The position numbers were made by a program, and so were the translations under genes. From assembly GCA_025603075.1 (NCBI GenBank), contig MU626343.1, forward strand, positions 23,599-87,598: 64,000 bases of DNA, in the 5' to 3' direction. The notes under the pieces were generated by a model. It saw only the letters and a program-made list of their open reading frames with translations, was not told the origin of the DNA and searched no databases. Source of the DNA: Neoconidiobolus thromboides FSU 785. Its lineage: Eukaryota > Fungi > Entomophthoromycota. Shown here in pieces: positions 62,834-64,000 of this stretch (position 1 is the first letter of the stretch; each line of letters starts with the position of its first letter).

Positions 62834-63241
62834 TTTAGGGGATGTATTTATAGAATAAAATAGAACATTATTTTTTTACTGTTTTTTTACTAAACAATAT
62901 TTATAGCTAAGCCTTATTGGCTGGTTCGAACCATTTTATAAATGGATAAATTTTGGTTGTATTAATTTGTAAATTGAAGTTTATTCTTATTCCTTCGGTC
63001 TTACAAAGTTAAAACAACCAAAAAATACAATATCCTTGTTAAATAGCTCAACTATTGTAAAATTATTCAAAATGCTCAAATGCTCAATCTTCCAAAATTC
63101 CCAATATATTTTTACCTATTATTGTATAATTACAGCTATTTATGCCATTTTTTTAAATAATTCCTACCTTCCCATAACTCTAGAGCCTGATAAAATCACC
63201 AAAAATCCAACTTAATAAGTAACTTTTAGAAATGCTCTTTA

Positions 63242-63331
63242 ACATGGGGATGTTTTTTGAAATTTTATTAGTAATTTTTCGACCCAAATAACATTTAAAA
63301 TCAAAAAAGTAATCAAAAAAAATCCTTATAT
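63242..63331 (+). mobile_element. Family-A MITE, degenerate
   Basis: GGGGATGTTTTTTGAAATTTTATTAG..AAAAGTAATC.. Confidence 0.55.
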
Positions 63332-63658
63332 GATTGAAATTATACTGTCATATCAACAATGACTTAAACTTGTATTAGTAGAAAGTTGATTTGAGATTAT
63401 AATTTGAGTTTATTAAAATTATTAACCTATTTTAGCTGAATTTTTTAATTCCTAAGAATATTTTTATGCTGTTTATTTTAAATCAGATATATTTTAATAT
63501 CTATATTTAAGGTTGTTTATTTTTAGTTTAAAAAGCTTTTAATAAAATCAAAAGGAAAAATATAAAAGTTGTTAAATTTAAGGTTTTTATAAAAATATAA
63601 GAATGTCTAAATTCTAATTTTTTATCCGATTTTTGGAAATTTTGTATTTTAAAGATAT

Positions 63659-64000
63659 GGGGCTGTCCTAATTGGTTTCAAAATTTACTTAGAAATCAAT
63701 CCAAATTTTAAAATTTTAAATTTGTGTCTAATATGACGGTTAAATCAAAAAGCTTAAAGTTAAATCTCTCTATTTAAAACTTATTTTAATTGTTTCCTTT
63801 TCTTAAACAGCTAATTTTCCTAACTATATGGGGATGTGTTTTTGTGTTTAAGAATTTTACTAATAATTTTTCCACTCAAATAGCGCTTAAAAGATAGAAA
63901 AAGTAATGAAGCTAAAAAAAACACCCCCATATGTTTTACGTTAATTCTGTTAGATATTTAACAGATATATAATATATAAAACTATATGATTATATAATTA
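63659..64000 (+). mobile_element. Family-C 5' end running off the right edge
   Basis: ATAT-GGGGCTGTCCTAATTGGTTTCA; homologous to the reverse complement of 51360-51680. Preceded by a ~55-bp stub resembling the C 3' terminus (63597-63654). Confidence 0.75.
63826..63932 (+). mobile_element. Family-A MITE
   Basis: ATAT-GGGGATGTG..CACCCCC-ATAT; empty homologous site at 51536-51539. Confidence 0.9.

Overview
Very AT-rich eukaryotic DNA from a fungus with short (~50 nt) GT-AG introns. An early-diverging lineage such as Zoopagomycota/Entomophthoromycotina is my inference from composition, intron style and tandem trypsins. Gene-dense blocks alternate with transposon- and pseudogene-rich blocks. Genes: a WD40-containing inositol 5-phosphatase-like gene running off the left edge, a secreted DJ-1/PfpI (InhA-like) protein, PDA1, two tandem secreted trypsins, BSD2, a GST-family gene, two Zn2Cys6 transcription factors, a PRCC-like gene, MDP1, DIS3, a DUF4272-like protein with a mitochondrial-type presequence, a SAPS-family gene, tRNA-Val(AAC), an ARN/SIT-type siderophore transporter and a Nud1/Cdc11-like LRR scaffold. 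The main non-genic signal is a three-tier mobile-element system read by eye. Family C is a cut-and-paste transposon with GGGG..CCCC termini, 4-bp ATAT-type target duplications and a reconstructable Sola-like DDD transposase fossil (48121-51680, plus 5 partial copies). Family A is a ~99-bp MITE with related termini, present about 39 times. Family B is a ~465-bp TG..CA element with 4-bp TSDs, present 6 times, probably a solo LTR and mostly nested in C. There are also three (possibly four) intronless, decayed profilin-like pseudogenes. An assembly gap lies at 49177-49571. All homology calls come from remembered family motifs, not database searches.
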